A stretch of 64,000 nucleotides of DNA, taken from Raillietiella orientalis (Eukaryota). The notes beneath the pieces are model-generated. The model ran no database searches. It saw only the letters and a program-made list of their open reading frames with translations, and was not told the DNA's origin. Of the stretch, positions 50,270-63,109 are shown in pieces. A program made the translations under genes and the position numbers. Every line of letters starts with the position of its first letter. Position 1 is the stretch's first letter. The stretch is from positions 4,712,001 to 4,776,000 of the forward strand of contig JAYWIR010000001.1 in assembly GCA_036172245.1 (NCBI GenBank), written 5' to 3'.

Positions 50270-51500
50270 GCCGCGTCAGTAGAGAAATAGAGAGCCTCGA
50301 CCAATTGCTGCAGACTCCCGAAATCGCGAGCTTCTCGATGTACGCATCTACAGCTGAGCACCTCTCCCGACCTCGTCTGATGCTGCGCGCGCTCGTACCG
50401 GCAACAGGACGCGCCCCCTCGGGGTCGAAGTCTGCTAGTGACTTTCCTGCGGACGGACATTCGTCGATGCAGGCAGCGATCAGCCTCCGGGACCACGGAT
50501 CCCGCGCATTAAGTGGAGGACGAAGGTTGGGCGAAAGACAGTCTTGGCGTGCCGGTGCGGAAGAACTGGGGGACGAGTTCCCCGTGCGGCGTCAGGAGCG
50601 ATCTAGGGAAAACTGCCCCTTGCACTCTTCCCAGGGACTTACGCAGGTGATTGAGATAGAGGAGAGGGTAGGGAAGGACGACAGAACCATGGCGGGCCTA
50701 ACCCTTCCCTCCTACCGACGCGAAGGGAGAGGGCACCGCGAGCGATCCGGAAATAGGTAAAGTCCCCGGAAGACCAGTCCTTACCCTCCTTCCTGCAGCC
50801 TTTGCAAACAGTTGCCTTGGTGAGACGCTGTCCTGAAGGCATGTGCCTTCCGAGGTGTGGTGGGGAACCATTTCGGACGGGTTTGATCGACAGCACGCCG
50901 GGACGCCGGCTCGCTCTCTGCCCCTTCCGGGATCAAAAGGTCTCCTTTCCAGCCCGATCCAAGGGAGGGGGCATCTCCGCTCACCGGCTGGGGACTTCCA
51001 CTTCGTCGGGAACTGCTGACCTAGTCGAGAAGCCACCCCTTCGATCATTGGCGTTTGCATCTGGCAATTTTGCACTTCCGTCAGCTGCATGGCCTTCTTG
51101 TTGAATTTCCGGAAGATGATTCCCTCCTCCATCCGGCAGATGATTGAGCCGGTGGATGTGTCCCTGTTATATTGAGCATTCGAGGAAACCATCAATCTTC
51201 CCACTTTATCCACGCATATCGAGGAAACATCTAAATCCCAGAGTGCCTGATCCTTGCAGGCGTCCTGCGATCCCGGCTGCTCAAATCAGTACCAACTGCA
51301 GCCGTCTGGTCGCAGGGCAGCAACCTGCATCTCCTTTCTCTTGCTGTTCCATCCTATTGTTAGTGCATCGTACTGCTCACAGTGATGCATGCACTGGGTT
51401 TGGTTTAGCCATCGGCATCTCATCCCTTGCTCTGTACCACATCGAACCTCATCACGCCACCGGACTCTGCATCTTCTCACTGAGATCTGCACCTAAGAGG
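50270..51500 (-). mobile_element. Degenerate LINE ORF2 (APE plus RT pieces)
   Basis: DKVGRLMV (D..GR.+.V) and ASRRAVD, then RRGRERCS (RG+RQGC-like). Confidence 0.45.
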
Positions 51501-52899
51501 AATGCTGTTCCGACTCACAGGCGCAGATTTCGCAGGGCTTCTGACGAATTCCAAGCGCTGCTGAAAGCCCCAGCAGCGTTTCGGTCGAGGCAACGCTGGA
51601 GCCCATCTGTCTAGCAGTCCGCGGACTGCGGGAGTCGTCGGGGCTTCTGCGTGCAGGGCACGCGCGATGAAAGTCTGTGCGAGGAGAGAGTGATGCTTGA
51701 CCGTCTGACTATGAGTAGGCGCCTTCGATGAGGCTCTGAGAAGCTCTTTTCAAACCGAGGAAAGTTAGTCGTCTGTAGGGATTGCGCCGTGGCTCCAGCA
51801 GAGACTCCTTGGAGCCATGGAGACTACCTCTGATCTTCCGACTCCCGTCTGTCTTCCCCAGATATACGTGGCGCATCAAGAACGTTCCTCAAAAGGTAGT
51901 ATAAAGCGTGGTACAAGACATTGACACATACACTAAACTAGTGCATGCGCCACTCTTTTCCATACTGGACTCCACGATTCACTATGGGGGAGGATGGAAC
52001 AGCAGGGAAAGGCCACGCAACTGGTGGACGCGCGCAATCTATAATGGCTGACATCGACTGACCCTGGCAGTTCACTGAACGACACTCTAAAATGGCGGCG
52101 GACCTGGAGACGAAGACCTCCCTACATCATCTGAGCTGTATGAATTCGTAAGTAAAGGATTGTTCAGTTTCCTATCCAAGGCGGAATCAGGGAGAGAGGC
52201 AGATTAGTTCTGGAAAAAAAAAAAAAAAAAACGTTAAACTGCACAAGGAATTCATTCCAAGTTCCCGCCTAAATATCGCAATAATCGTGGTCTCTGGAAT
52301 CGCGTTTCGCTCAACGTTCTCAGAGAGGTCACAGGTGTGTGCATCCTCGCTTCTTGTGCAGCGCGCCTATCTGTTGACGGAGTATGGGATGTCATCAAGC
52401 GGAATCCGCGGGGCTCGACGGGATTTCGTGCGCATTCATTAGCTTCGGGCGCATGACTTCAAGTCATCAATCTGGAAGAGCCATCAGCAGTGAGGTTGGG
52501 AGCATCCGTGGAAGCGCTTTTTTGTTCCGGAAATCTGTTCTGGATATCTGTACCCTTAGGATGAAAGAAACTCTTGGAATAGCCCTGAGCACAATAAAAA
52601 ACCTGATGCGGTCGGGAAATACCGTGGATCTTAGATGGACTCTTTCTAGAGGTAGTAGAAAGGAAAAGGCTATTAGGCTGACGATAGGAAGTGATGCCTC
52701 GTCTCAAAGAAAGTTCATTATCAAGATGAAAAGTCAGGAGAGAAACGAAGACCAAAGACGCACCACCCAGTGCCTAGGCATATCCACTGCATGAACATCT
52801 TCCTTTGGAGAGATGCCGCCTATCCACTGCTGCCGGAACTTTGTTTACAAGAGAAGCAAAGCAACTCCTTTTTCTTTTTTTTAAAAAAATGATCTCCCA

Positions 52900-54500
52900 T
52901 CTGCAGCAAGCTCCTGACTTCTTAGGATAAACCTCAAACCTAACGAAATTTCTGGTTCTGTGCAAGATCATTCCTGAAGAGGCTTCGGAAGCTGCGTGAA
53001 AGACTATGAAACGCGACCTTCGGGTCGAGTACGAAGGGAGGTGAAACCGGCGTGGAGGATTCGAAATGAAAAGGCGTGTCAGACGGGCTGAACTCCAAGT
53101 GAAGTCAGGACGCTGGGTGGGAGGCGGTCCGCGGACTTCCTGACGGAGAGACGGGGCCAAGGATGCCAGAGCGGTTGTTGTCACTGGGAACGAAAGCCAG
53201 ATGCCATCGAACGTGCTCCGCGCGCCAGACCGTGCGAAACTCAATGACCTGCATTCAGCGACGCAGCAGCAGAGGCAGCAGCCGGGGAGTCGTCGAATGC
53301 TTTTCGATACCTCGCTGCGATGGGTCACGTCTTGATTAGAAGATGCACGAATGATACCGTGGGGACCAAAGTTCGAGAAGCACCGTTTCACACTGGAAAG
53401 CGGTGACCGTCATTGTAGGTGATTTCGTGCGAGTTGATGGGTGAGTTCGTAGGGATGACTGCTGCGAAGTTTTGAAAGCCCACCTGATGGATGGAACCGC
53501 CTTGGCGAATGACCGCTTCCTCGATGCCCAGAAGAAAACAAAAAATGGCCTAGTAATTTGCAAGAGGAAACCATAGATCTTTAAGAGCATCATGACAGTT
53601 GATGGACACCGGAGATCAGTTGAAAACTAGGGGTTACATTCTAAACAGTAATGAGCAGAATAGATATCAATTAATCATTTTGAATTTATAGAGAGCCGAA
53701 ATTGCAGAGAGATCATCGGATAAATCAAAGAGACTTCCCGCATTCATCTCCAGCTGCACTTGTAAGCCAAACAATTTATCCAGCAGAGAGGAAATTCTTT
53801 TGAATCCAACGAGTTTCTGAGTGGACCCAGAAATGCTGTTAATTTGAAAGTGCCAGCGTTTCCAGTGCCATGGTCACCGGGAAGAATCAAAGCCTGGAAA
53901 AAGGACCCACTTTCTAATCAATGAGGTAAACCGCAACCACCACCAACAAAGAGGAACAAAAGGAAAAACAACAACAGCAAAAAGATTGAGTAATTTTCGG
54001 ATGGGGTTCCGATGGAGGTGCTGAAGAATCCATGCTTCGCAAGATCTTGCAGATTACGAAATGGAGAAGGAGTGTTCAGGGATGGATTAGGCAAGCAGCA
54101 TGGCCAAAAAGTTGAAATCACGGGAGTGCGGTATCGATGGCTTGCCGTGAGCACGTTTCGAAGCAGGGAATCACAGATTTGAAGGCAACCGCTTGCCCTT
54201 TTCCGCAAGGGACCATGAGGTAGTGGAATTCGAAACATGGAACACGTGCGATGCTGGGTCATTATTAAAGCTGGAACATTGGACACGTTAGCCGGAGTGC
54301 ACAGTGCTCTCTGTGTGACTCCGCCTTACGTGCGACCTCACTTCAGGAAAAGTGTGACCCGGCATTCTCCGAGGGCTGGAGGACGGAAAAACGGATCCGA
54401 GCGCAGATGCAAACAGGTGAATTGAATAACTCCAAACTGCGCTCACCTTCTCGATTCTTCTGCTTTCCCGTAAAGGAAACATCCGAGAGTGGTCCGCGGT
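52900..54500 (+). mobile_element. Degenerate LINE ORF2 (APE plus RT pieces)
   Basis: TVIVGDF at 53406, KPGK (~53890) and ITGVR (~54118) in order. Confidence 0.55.
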
Positions 54501-54554
54501 TATGGACAAATGCGCTCAAAGATCACTTGCATAAGCAATTTGAATTCTGAAATG

Positions 54555-54797
54555 GACTGTTTCCTCTGGACCCTTCCTGGATTCATAGGGCGGTCCCTCT
54601 TGCATTACCCCCTAACTTGGAGAGTTACACTCACCCTCGGGTGGAGAGGAAAGTGTTAAAGAGTCTTTTGAGCCCCTTCTTCTAAGGACGGTTCTTCAGT
54701 ACTTAGTGGCACACCTTTCCTTCCGAAAAAATCTGGAAGGAAAGCAGAGAAAATAAAAGAAACCTAGAAAGGAGTTCCATCATCATAGGCCAATAGG
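54555..54797 (+). mobile_element. Long tRNA-SINE family, 3' portion only
   Basis: CTTCCTGGATTCATAGGGCGGTCCCT...CCCTAACTTGGAGAGTTACACTCACCC...TTCCATCATCATAGGCCAATAG. Confidence 0.85.
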
Positions 54798-54799
54798 AA

Positions 54800-55300
54800 C
54801 GATCCCTCCATGAGGTGGCTATTGACCTAGGATGGTGGAAATTCTCTTTAAGGAAAGGCTGCTTTATTCTTGGCGGCATTTTCTCTAACAATGCTCGCGT
54901 TCTTCTAGCCAGAAAGACTTTTGCTTCTGAGCACAACTGTTGGGCATCGGAGTCTTACCATTCCTCAACCTCCTTCCAGCTCTGCTCTCGCTGCTGCTCC
55001 AAACAGTTTCAGGGACACCCCTAGACAGTGCTCTTATCCCTCCAGAATGCTGTTCTCCTGCTTCTTCCTGGTAAAAGGCCACCGAATAGGATGTCCCGTA
55101 GAATGGACACCAAAGCCACACGTCCATCTAGCTATAGATCGACATCCTCGATTCATTGCAAGGTGCCTCTCATGGTTGGACTGTCCTGGCAGCACTGTGG
55201 AGAATTGTAGCCTGAGCGGAAAACACTCCCGTGCGGAGGAGCCGGAGATCCCGCTCTTGAAGGCACGTGTTTCACCTCCGTCGCGCTGAGATAGCGAAAG
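54800..55300 (-). mobile_element. LINE RT N-terminal fragment
   Basis: LRNGKTPMPN (GK.PG.DG-like) followed by ENFHHP (N.RPI-like). Confidence 0.4.
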
Positions 55301-55314
55301 CATTTTCCCATTCT

Positions 55315-56837
55315 AAAAGGAAAGATGAAACGAGAGATGCCAGGAGAAGCTCCCCGATCAAACGGGGAACCCACCTGAGTTCAATTGCAACTGTTTGCAG
55401 CTCCAGATCGCCCTTCAACCTTTCGGCGAGGCCGCCTAAGACCAGCTCGTGCTATTTCCCTTCCCTTCCTTGACGTTGGAGCGAATTGGGCTGCAAGTGC
55501 AGTTCCAATGCTGGCACTTTACACTCAGCTGTGGACTTCCCCGTTGTGTACGCCTGCATGCATCATCTTGCAGAGATGAGCCGGCAGCGAAGGACTGCTC
55601 TCGTTGCTGCTGAGCTCGCGTTACAGGATGCAAGGGTTCGGTTTCCCCTGAGGCAACTCGTCTTTCTAGTGGGAACCCATCCGTGGATCTCCTGTTGTCC
55701 GACGAACGCCTGGCCGCAGGAGGCTGTTGAATACTGGGCTGCATTCCAGGGAATGCGCCCTCCCTGGGACATCTGTTGCCACAACCTTTGGAAGTGGTGC
55801 TGCAGGAAGCGATGAAGTTTTCGACCCTGGCCGCCACACCCCTCGCCGCAGCGCTGTCTCCCAGAGACGACAGTAGCCAACCGGAGAGATGGGAGTTTTC
55901 CTGCACCATGGCGGGAAAAAACGGACTCCTCGGTGCCTAGAAAACGCGTGAGTTGGTGGATAATGCTACTACGCGTTCTGTGGAGAAGGGACTTCTTCGG
56001 TGGGGAGAACTTTTGAGTGCTACTTCTGAAGAAGTTGTGGTCCCTCCCCATTGTGTGGACGGTTCGTGGTTCCCTCTCGCCTGGAAGCAGACCGTACTGC
56101 CCTTTATTCAGTGGGGATTCCAGTGTAAAGAGCGACGGCATCGAGTTTGCGGAGGAGTCGCATCTCCGAGCTGTACCAGGTGCGAGTCGGCGGAATCGAT
56201 CCCGCACCTGCTTGTGGACTGTGGTGCCTTCCAAGAACTGTGACGGAGGCTGGAAACAACACTTCTGCTCCAGAAGGACACCGCCTGAGACGTGCGGCGG
56301 CGGTTCCTCGCGCCGAGAGGCCTCTCGACGATTGCAACCATGGGTTGCATCCGTGTCGTCGTTGGGGCCCGACTGATGCTAGAAGAGAAGAGAGATCACC
56401 AGGATGTCAGCCACCTACATCAGGAAGGCTGCAAAGTGGTTTCACCTGGAAGAGGAAGCCAAGGAGATCATCGGCATCCATCGCCGGTCGATGGACGTTT
56501 TGGAACAGCGAACCCAGTGATCCTTGTCCCCTCCCTCCCATTATCTTTTTTTTTTTTTTTTTCATATTTACCATCCCCATTTCGCTCCGTAACTTCCTTA
56601 GTGCTTTCTGTTTTTACCCCGGTGCGTACAGAGCGAAACCAAAGATTTATGCCCCCTCCCACTCATTTTTTTTTTTTGTTGTCTTCTTGTCCCTCCCCCG
56701 TTCCGTACTCTCTGTTGTCCCAGCCTGCGTGCCGATGGACCCTCCCCTTTATTTCTGGTTGTCGTCCGTTGGGAACCGTCGTGTTCCCAACTGGCTTATT
56801 TTTAAAAAATAAACGCCCGGCGTGACCGGGTGAAAAA
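55315..56837 (+). mobile_element. L1/Tx1-like LINE 3' part (post-RT, zf-RVT, 3' UTR)
   Basis: CTRCESAESIPHLLVDC zinc finger; ends AATAAACGCCCGGCGTGACCGGGTGAAAAA. Confidence 0.8.
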
Positions 56838-59800
56838 TTTGCCTTCCCATCCTCGTTTTGTGTGCTGTGCAGAGGCTGCCAGCCGACCTCGGGGCCGATC
56901 GCGAACTGGTGCCTGGAAGCGAGCTCCGAAGAAAGAGTATGATCTCTCAAGTGGATCGCTGGAAGTGGTTCGCATCCGAAGAGGCTGACTTGGGGTATGA
57001 CGAGACCAAACCATCGCAGAAACTCTTATTGGTCCATAAAAACTGTCGATCGAGAATCGAGCTCTTGAAACCTCACTTTCTTTTATGGTCCATGATTGCT
57101 AAGCTGTCATTTATTGGAACACCGGAAATCGTCGGGAACGCTATCGAGGAGAGAACAATGTTTCAAAAGACGCGCGGAGCAGCAAAAATGAAAGACTATA
57201 AAATTCCTCAGGTCTCCTCCGGCTTTTGCGCACGGCCCGCCGGAATGCGAGCGCTCGCGGAGCAAGCTCTTGATGCGATCGGCTATTATCTTTATTTTCA
57301 GCCTCGCCTCGTACCACCCTCGTCAGTACGGGCTCTCCATCGCAATTTCTTCTAAATGCCATGCACAGGTGCGGGATCCCGGTGCTCAAAGAAGGTTTTT
57401 TTTTTTTTTTTCTCCTCCTCTCCCTTCCATCTCAACAGCCCAGATTTTCGCGCGTTATCTTCTTCTAACGAGATCTCCACGTTGGAGCAACCCGGAATCG
57501 TTTCATTGGTCCGTGTGGGTCTGAGCGCGCGCGGAGGCGCTTTAGGGGAGCGGAGTGCGCAAAGGAAAAAAAAGGGGGGGATGGCACATGCTAATAGGGT
57601 GCCAAGGAGAGAAAAATTTATCTTGCGCAGAGGATTCTGTTTACGCGTGTCTTCCCTGAAATCAGCTTCGGCGCAATCACCACTGAGGCACGCCTCCCTC
57701 GATTTCTCGCCTCCTTTTTTTTTTTTTTTCGAGGGATGGGGTGGGGGTGGGGCTCTTTGGAAGCCGGGAAAACGTGCTGGTCACTTCGACTCAGTGGACC
57801 AGCAGAAGCAACCCGATAAAGGCGGGAAGCCACCGGCGCTTTCCGCTCCCTGGTTTTTATCGTCCTGGAATTTTCCCCGTGTCTTCGATGCCCTGATAAT
57901 GGGCAGCAGCACCGGCGCTGCAGGGGCGAGCGAAGAGAAATTTTAACGCGGCGGTACCTAGGATACGCAGTTCGGCATCTCGCGAGCAGGGAATGCGTTT
58001 ATCCGGAGCAGATAAGGAGGCCGATATCCGATTCCCCGACGGAGATTTAGCCCTGCATCCCGAGATGGGAGGTCCCGCTCGCGGATCTCCCGGGTGCGTG
58101 CGGCGGAGCGCGTGCGCGCCCGGGGGATGCCCCTCCCCCTCTCGCACCTTGGCTTTTCCCAGAACCGACCGCGGCGGCAGTCGCCCCTCAGCTTTGGGCA
58201 GTTCCCGCGGGGGCGTCCTCGCAGCGTCGCGTTCGCTTCCCTGCACGGGGAGGGGGGAAAGGGGGAGGGAGGGAGGAGGAGAAGATGAAGGAGGAAAACA
58301 AGAGCGCCTTTCCGATTCGATTGACGGATCGCGAGGGGAGCACGAATCCCTGTCTGCTGACAGGGGAAGCAACACGTAAGAGCGTCCCGTCAACGGGAGG
58401 GAAGGCGGGGTCAGACTCGCTGCTCGATTGGGATCGCTCCTTTCCCGCTCCTTCCTCTCCATTTCCTCTGCTCCTTCCTCCCCCCATCTTTTTTTGGGGG
58501 AGGACGGGGGGGGGGGGGGAAGGAGAGGAAAGAAGGAAGAGAATTTCCCTTCCATTCCTCTCAAAGTTCGAGGGGGTCCCGACTTGGCTCGCCGGCCATC
58601 AGGGAGCGACCCAGCAAGCGTTCCGGCAGCTCGTGAGCACACGGAGAGCATGGCCGTCTCCGTCCACGTACGCGTGCGGGCTGCGTACCTGCACCCGTGC
58701 TGCCGAATCGCGCGCGCATTCCTGTACGCGTGCCGGGAGCGCGCCGAAGGTGTGCGGAAGGAAGTCCTCAAATCCTGTCGGTTCCGGGCCCAGGCCGTCG
58801 CGGCTTCGCCGGCTGCGCACGCGCTCATGCTTTCCCGGCACGTGCGAGGTGTGCACGCGTGTTCGTGAGTCTTCCTGCACCCGAGAGACGATGCTACCCA
58901 TGCATTTTTCATACTCCCGCATCCCCCCAGACACGCGTAACTGTCAGGACACGCACGTTGCGCACGCACCCGCGTAAATAAAAGCACTGCGAACACCCCA
59001 GATGGCCTTTTCCACCTTGTTGTTGGTGGTGGTGGTGGGGTGTTCATTCTAGGGATATCCTCACTGACATTCTATGCATACCTCGGATTCCTGGATCTCA
59101 ATCACGTTTTCCTGGAAAGCTGCGGCTTTCCAGGCAAACCTGGTTCCCTGAAAATGCAGATCCCCCTCCCTTCCTTCCGGCAGAGGCTGGAAGAGGAAAA
59201 ATGGATTTGCTGGTGGGCGTTTCGGAGTTCACGGAGGAAGCAAACTCTTGCCTTCCTTGAGGAATTTCCCACGCCTTGCGTTCTCCAGATGGTCTTCGCG
59301 TGTAGCTCTGTTTTCTTCTTTCACCTCACCGCCGCACATCTCTCGAACCTTCGCTTTCGATATGCCCCCATCTCCCGGACGGCTGCGCTCTTCGCGACAA
59401 ACTGGCGGTGACCCACTCACCCACTCACCATTCCCACATGAGCTTGGCCGGCATCAGTGAAAACCGAGAGGAACGCTCGGGGCAGCCCGGAAGCCCGCCT
59501 AGAACGGGAGCTGCACCCGGCCGAGGACTGGACGGGAGAAGAAGAGTATCCTGAGTTCGAGAGTTCGAACTTTTGGGAACGCGGTCAGCTGGGCCGAGAG
59601 GGAGGCATCCTGAAAGAGAGCACCACCGACGCCGTCCTCGGTCCTTCCAGATCACCTTCACTCGTTTCCAACGGTGGCGACGGGAGCAGCCACTGGTTCT
59701 CAGGCGCGCCATGGGAACGGACCTTGGACTCTGGAGCGACTCGCCTGCGGGAGACGCTGGCTTCGCTGCTGCCGCAGGTGGGTGCGGCTACACGATTCCG

Positions 59801-60899
59801 CGGGCGTGTGGACGCCTTCTTCCTGCACTCGGGAAGGCGCGTCGAGCAGTTCTTCAGTACCGCCGCAAAGGAGAAGGGATCTTCGGGAGTGTAGGACGTG
59901 CTCGCTGCTATTCCCTGCTGCCTACTTCCCGTGCGTCTACTCGTAAGAACAACCTGAACCTGGACATCCCTGGAGCACGTCGAAACTCTTCGAACAGAAG
60001 GACGGCCATTCCCATCAGTCCATTTTTTTCTTTTTAAAAACAACAACAACAACTAAGCGGAGCCTCTGGCAATGACAAATCGAGGAAAGAAGGGGACTGC
60101 AGGACAAAATGGAAACAGGGATTGTTTCTCTGCATCCGATCTTCATCCGCATTTCGGTTTTATGCATTCCGGAAGGAAATCAAAACAATGGAAACACCGA
60201 GATCGTGTTTTCTTTTTTTCTTTTTTGCGTGCGTGCGTGTGTGCGTGCGTGTGTTGTATGAGAAGGGGAGGAGGTGAAAAAATCTGACCTTGAAATCACT
60301 TCTATTCATCTTTTCAAGAACAGTGATTAATGAGGACTCTTTAAAAGAGAGAAAAAAAAAAAAAAAAACAAAGGCGCACCTACCACACCTATTTCCAGCT
60401 GGTCAGACCCAATTAATCTCCCCTCGATGTTTCCTTCTGGTTAACACGGGAAATCGGAGGTCTGGCAAAGCTTCGCTCTATCTGGGCAGCGGCGCAGGAG
60501 GGAAACGGGACGGCTTCGAGACGCCAACCAGGGATCGGCACACTCGAAGAGGGATCCGAAAAGAGGCGGAAGGAAAAAAAATAAAATAAAATGATTCTAA
60601 CATGGATCCTCCAGGGGTCGCCTCTCACCTTTTTCGATGGTCGTGCGGGCAGAGTGATGCAATGACGGAACGGCATTCTTCTCTCCAGAAGAACTGTATC
60701 GCTCTGCGTCCTGGATTCGGGAGAAGTCGGTGGGCGCGTGCGTCTGCGAGGAGGAATCAAACGGAGGAACGCATCGGGGAAGAGGAAAGAGGCCGCTTCG
60801 CAGTCAAGAGCTCCGATATACTCCGGGGACCCATGCATCATGGAAGACCGGACACCGCAAAGCAGCGTGAAACGAACCCAACCCACGTTTCCTCCAGGA

Positions 60900-61600
60900 T
60901 GCGCGTAGCAAGAGGTTAAGATAAGCTGGATAGGAACTCGTCTGGATGGGTTGTCAACCTCTTGTCGGGATCGAAGAAGCTTCCGTCTGGTGAAGGCCCC
61001 TCTTCCTGAGGATATCAGCGGAGGCTCGACCGTTCCAAAACGGTGAGGGTGGCGTCGAGTAGAGAGCAGTTTCTGCTTGCGCAAGAAGCCCCTGAACTCG
61101 AGGGGTGAACTGCCGCTGCCCTCCTTTGCCCGAATTCGGGACAGCTCGACGAAGTAAGACAATGCAGCGGGACCTTTCAGCAAGCCCAGAAGCCAACGAG
61201 GAGAAGAAGCTTTCACTTCAGGAGCTGGGAACAGCATCTCTCCGGGCCGCGGGAAGCCAAGCGACGGAGAGACGAACCTCCTCTTGGTAGCAGTCGTCCG
61301 AAAATCCCCACAGCGGAGATCCCTCTTTCCGCTAAAGAGTATCATGGACAGCCAGAGAGAGGATCGGCTTGAAGTACTCTCGGATGCCACAGATGGTAGA
61401 CTCTGGCGGAGGGTCCTCTAACCTTACGTGCGGTGCAGGAAGAGGTGGCACCTGCGGACCCCCAGAAGGTGTCATTCTCCAAGCATTTAGTAGCTCCTTC
61501 CCTGAGTTCCTGAACCATCCTGTTCCTGCACCCTGGCGATGGACTCATCTAGCGGTTCCCATGTCGTTTGAGAGACACTGCTGAGACCAATCTTTGAAAG
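60900..61600 (+). mobile_element. LINE ORF1-like remnant
   Basis: LPSFARI segment and degenerate knuckle VRCRKRWHLR. Confidence 0.35.
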
Positions 61601-62249
61601 CAGATTCCGGGTCCACGAGGCTGCGCCTGTTATGCCAATCGCGGAGGAGCGGGCAGAACGACTGAGCTTTCCATGAGGCGGCATCGATGGGTGTCTGGGG
61701 AGGATGGCGAAACTTTAATCACCTAAAGTTCTGCGGGGGAGGGAGGGGAGGAACAGAAGAAGAGACGAGCAAGCAGCGTGAAGGGTAGCCTCGCGGGGTG
61801 AAAAAAATGGATGCGGAAGCGCTCACAGATGCGCGGAGCCTCTGGACTGCTGGCCGAGGCCCGTTAATGGCGACTCACGGAATCCGATCGCCACTACAGA
61901 GGTGTCAGACTTCTGTGTAGCGCCCGGTCAGAATGCCTAGGCGTCTCCCCTCGCCTCCATTGTCAAAGGAAAATGCAGAAGCGATACCAAGATAAGTACG
62001 TGAGAGTTAGCGTGTTTGACATCTCAGATAAGATACTGCCCAAGATACAGAGAGCATGCACATGGAGGCCGCGAGCATCAATTAAATACGATGCTCGAGG
62101 AGGTCTTCGGTCGGAATCGAATGGATTTGCAGAATGCCGCGCGCCACAAGCGTGTCGGGAAACGAACGCATCAGGGAGATGCGTTGCCATAGAATCAGGA
62201 GAAGGAAGCTTTTCAGAAAAGTAGGAAACTCAGGCTCCTGAGCACAAGC

Positions 62250-62700
62250 ACCGATGAAATTCGTCTCTGCACTTCGTCCTGTTCATTTAAAAATGACCTC
62301 GGCAGTCCAAAGAACCTGGTGGACGCCACCAAAAGTCTTTGGGATCGAAACGGCAGCACCGGGGAGATGTTTCAAGTCGGGCCGCGAATGTCAACAACTC
62401 CGAACGGAAGCCTCTACGGTCCGAGGAGTAACAGATTCCATGAAAAATGGCAGGCAGAGAAGTGGCAACCGTGGGGATCATCCACGGAGTGTTCAAGGAC
62501 TCATCTGCCGAAGCAAGAGTCCCCAAAAGATGACTGGCGCGCACTCCAGACTCGATTTTGCTTTGGTGGGTGCTGGGCATGGTGATGAGATCGGCCTTCC
62601 TCAGGTTCTGGGAAATGGGGCAGGTGGTTTCCGCAGTGGTGCTCATAACGGAATGCAGCTCATGCACTCGGAGAAGCTCTTTTGAACTTTTCAGCTAGCT
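62250..62700 (+). mobile_element. LINE ORF1-like remnant; inverted homolog of 63735-63917
   Basis: Shares CAAGGACTCATCTGCCGAAGCAAGAGTCCCCAAAAGATG and flanking sequence with the reverse complement of the 63.8-kb region. Confidence 0.55.
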
Positions 62701-63109
62701 GTGACTCGCCCTTCCAGTGCCGCGGTTGCCATGCACCGGCCGGCGGCATCCGTAGGTTGAAATTTGCGCGCAAGAAGCCCGGATCGCCACTTTCAAGAGG
62801 GTGGCGACGGGCACAGTCGCCTCCGCAGGCAAGCTCAGGAGCGCTCCCGCCAGGCCTCTCCGCGACTCTCCGAGCCAGGCCGACAAGCTCCACGCTCCGA
62901 AAGAAACGCCGGCACTTTGAAACATCCCGGCTGCACCCCCCGACGTGTGAAAGCGCGGAACACAGAACGAGTGGGGGCGCTGCGAAACTCCTGACCACCT
63001 ACGCCTGCGAGGTCGACAGCGCTCGTGCCACAAGAATCCTCGGGAAATCACGTTGCCGTTTAGGCGAAAGCACAGGTATCGGAGCCTGATGAACGATGAT
63101 GGGGACGAA

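Noticed and set aside
57857..59047. 396-aa minus-strand ORF
   Set aside because: Low-complexity Pro/Arg/Ser/Ala translation of GC-rich DNA, with no recognisable domain and overlapping ORFs in several frames
60413..61390. 325-aa minus-strand ORF (and the 310-aa ORF at 31865-32797)
   Set aside because: Antisense to probable LINE ORF1 remnants; no motif support
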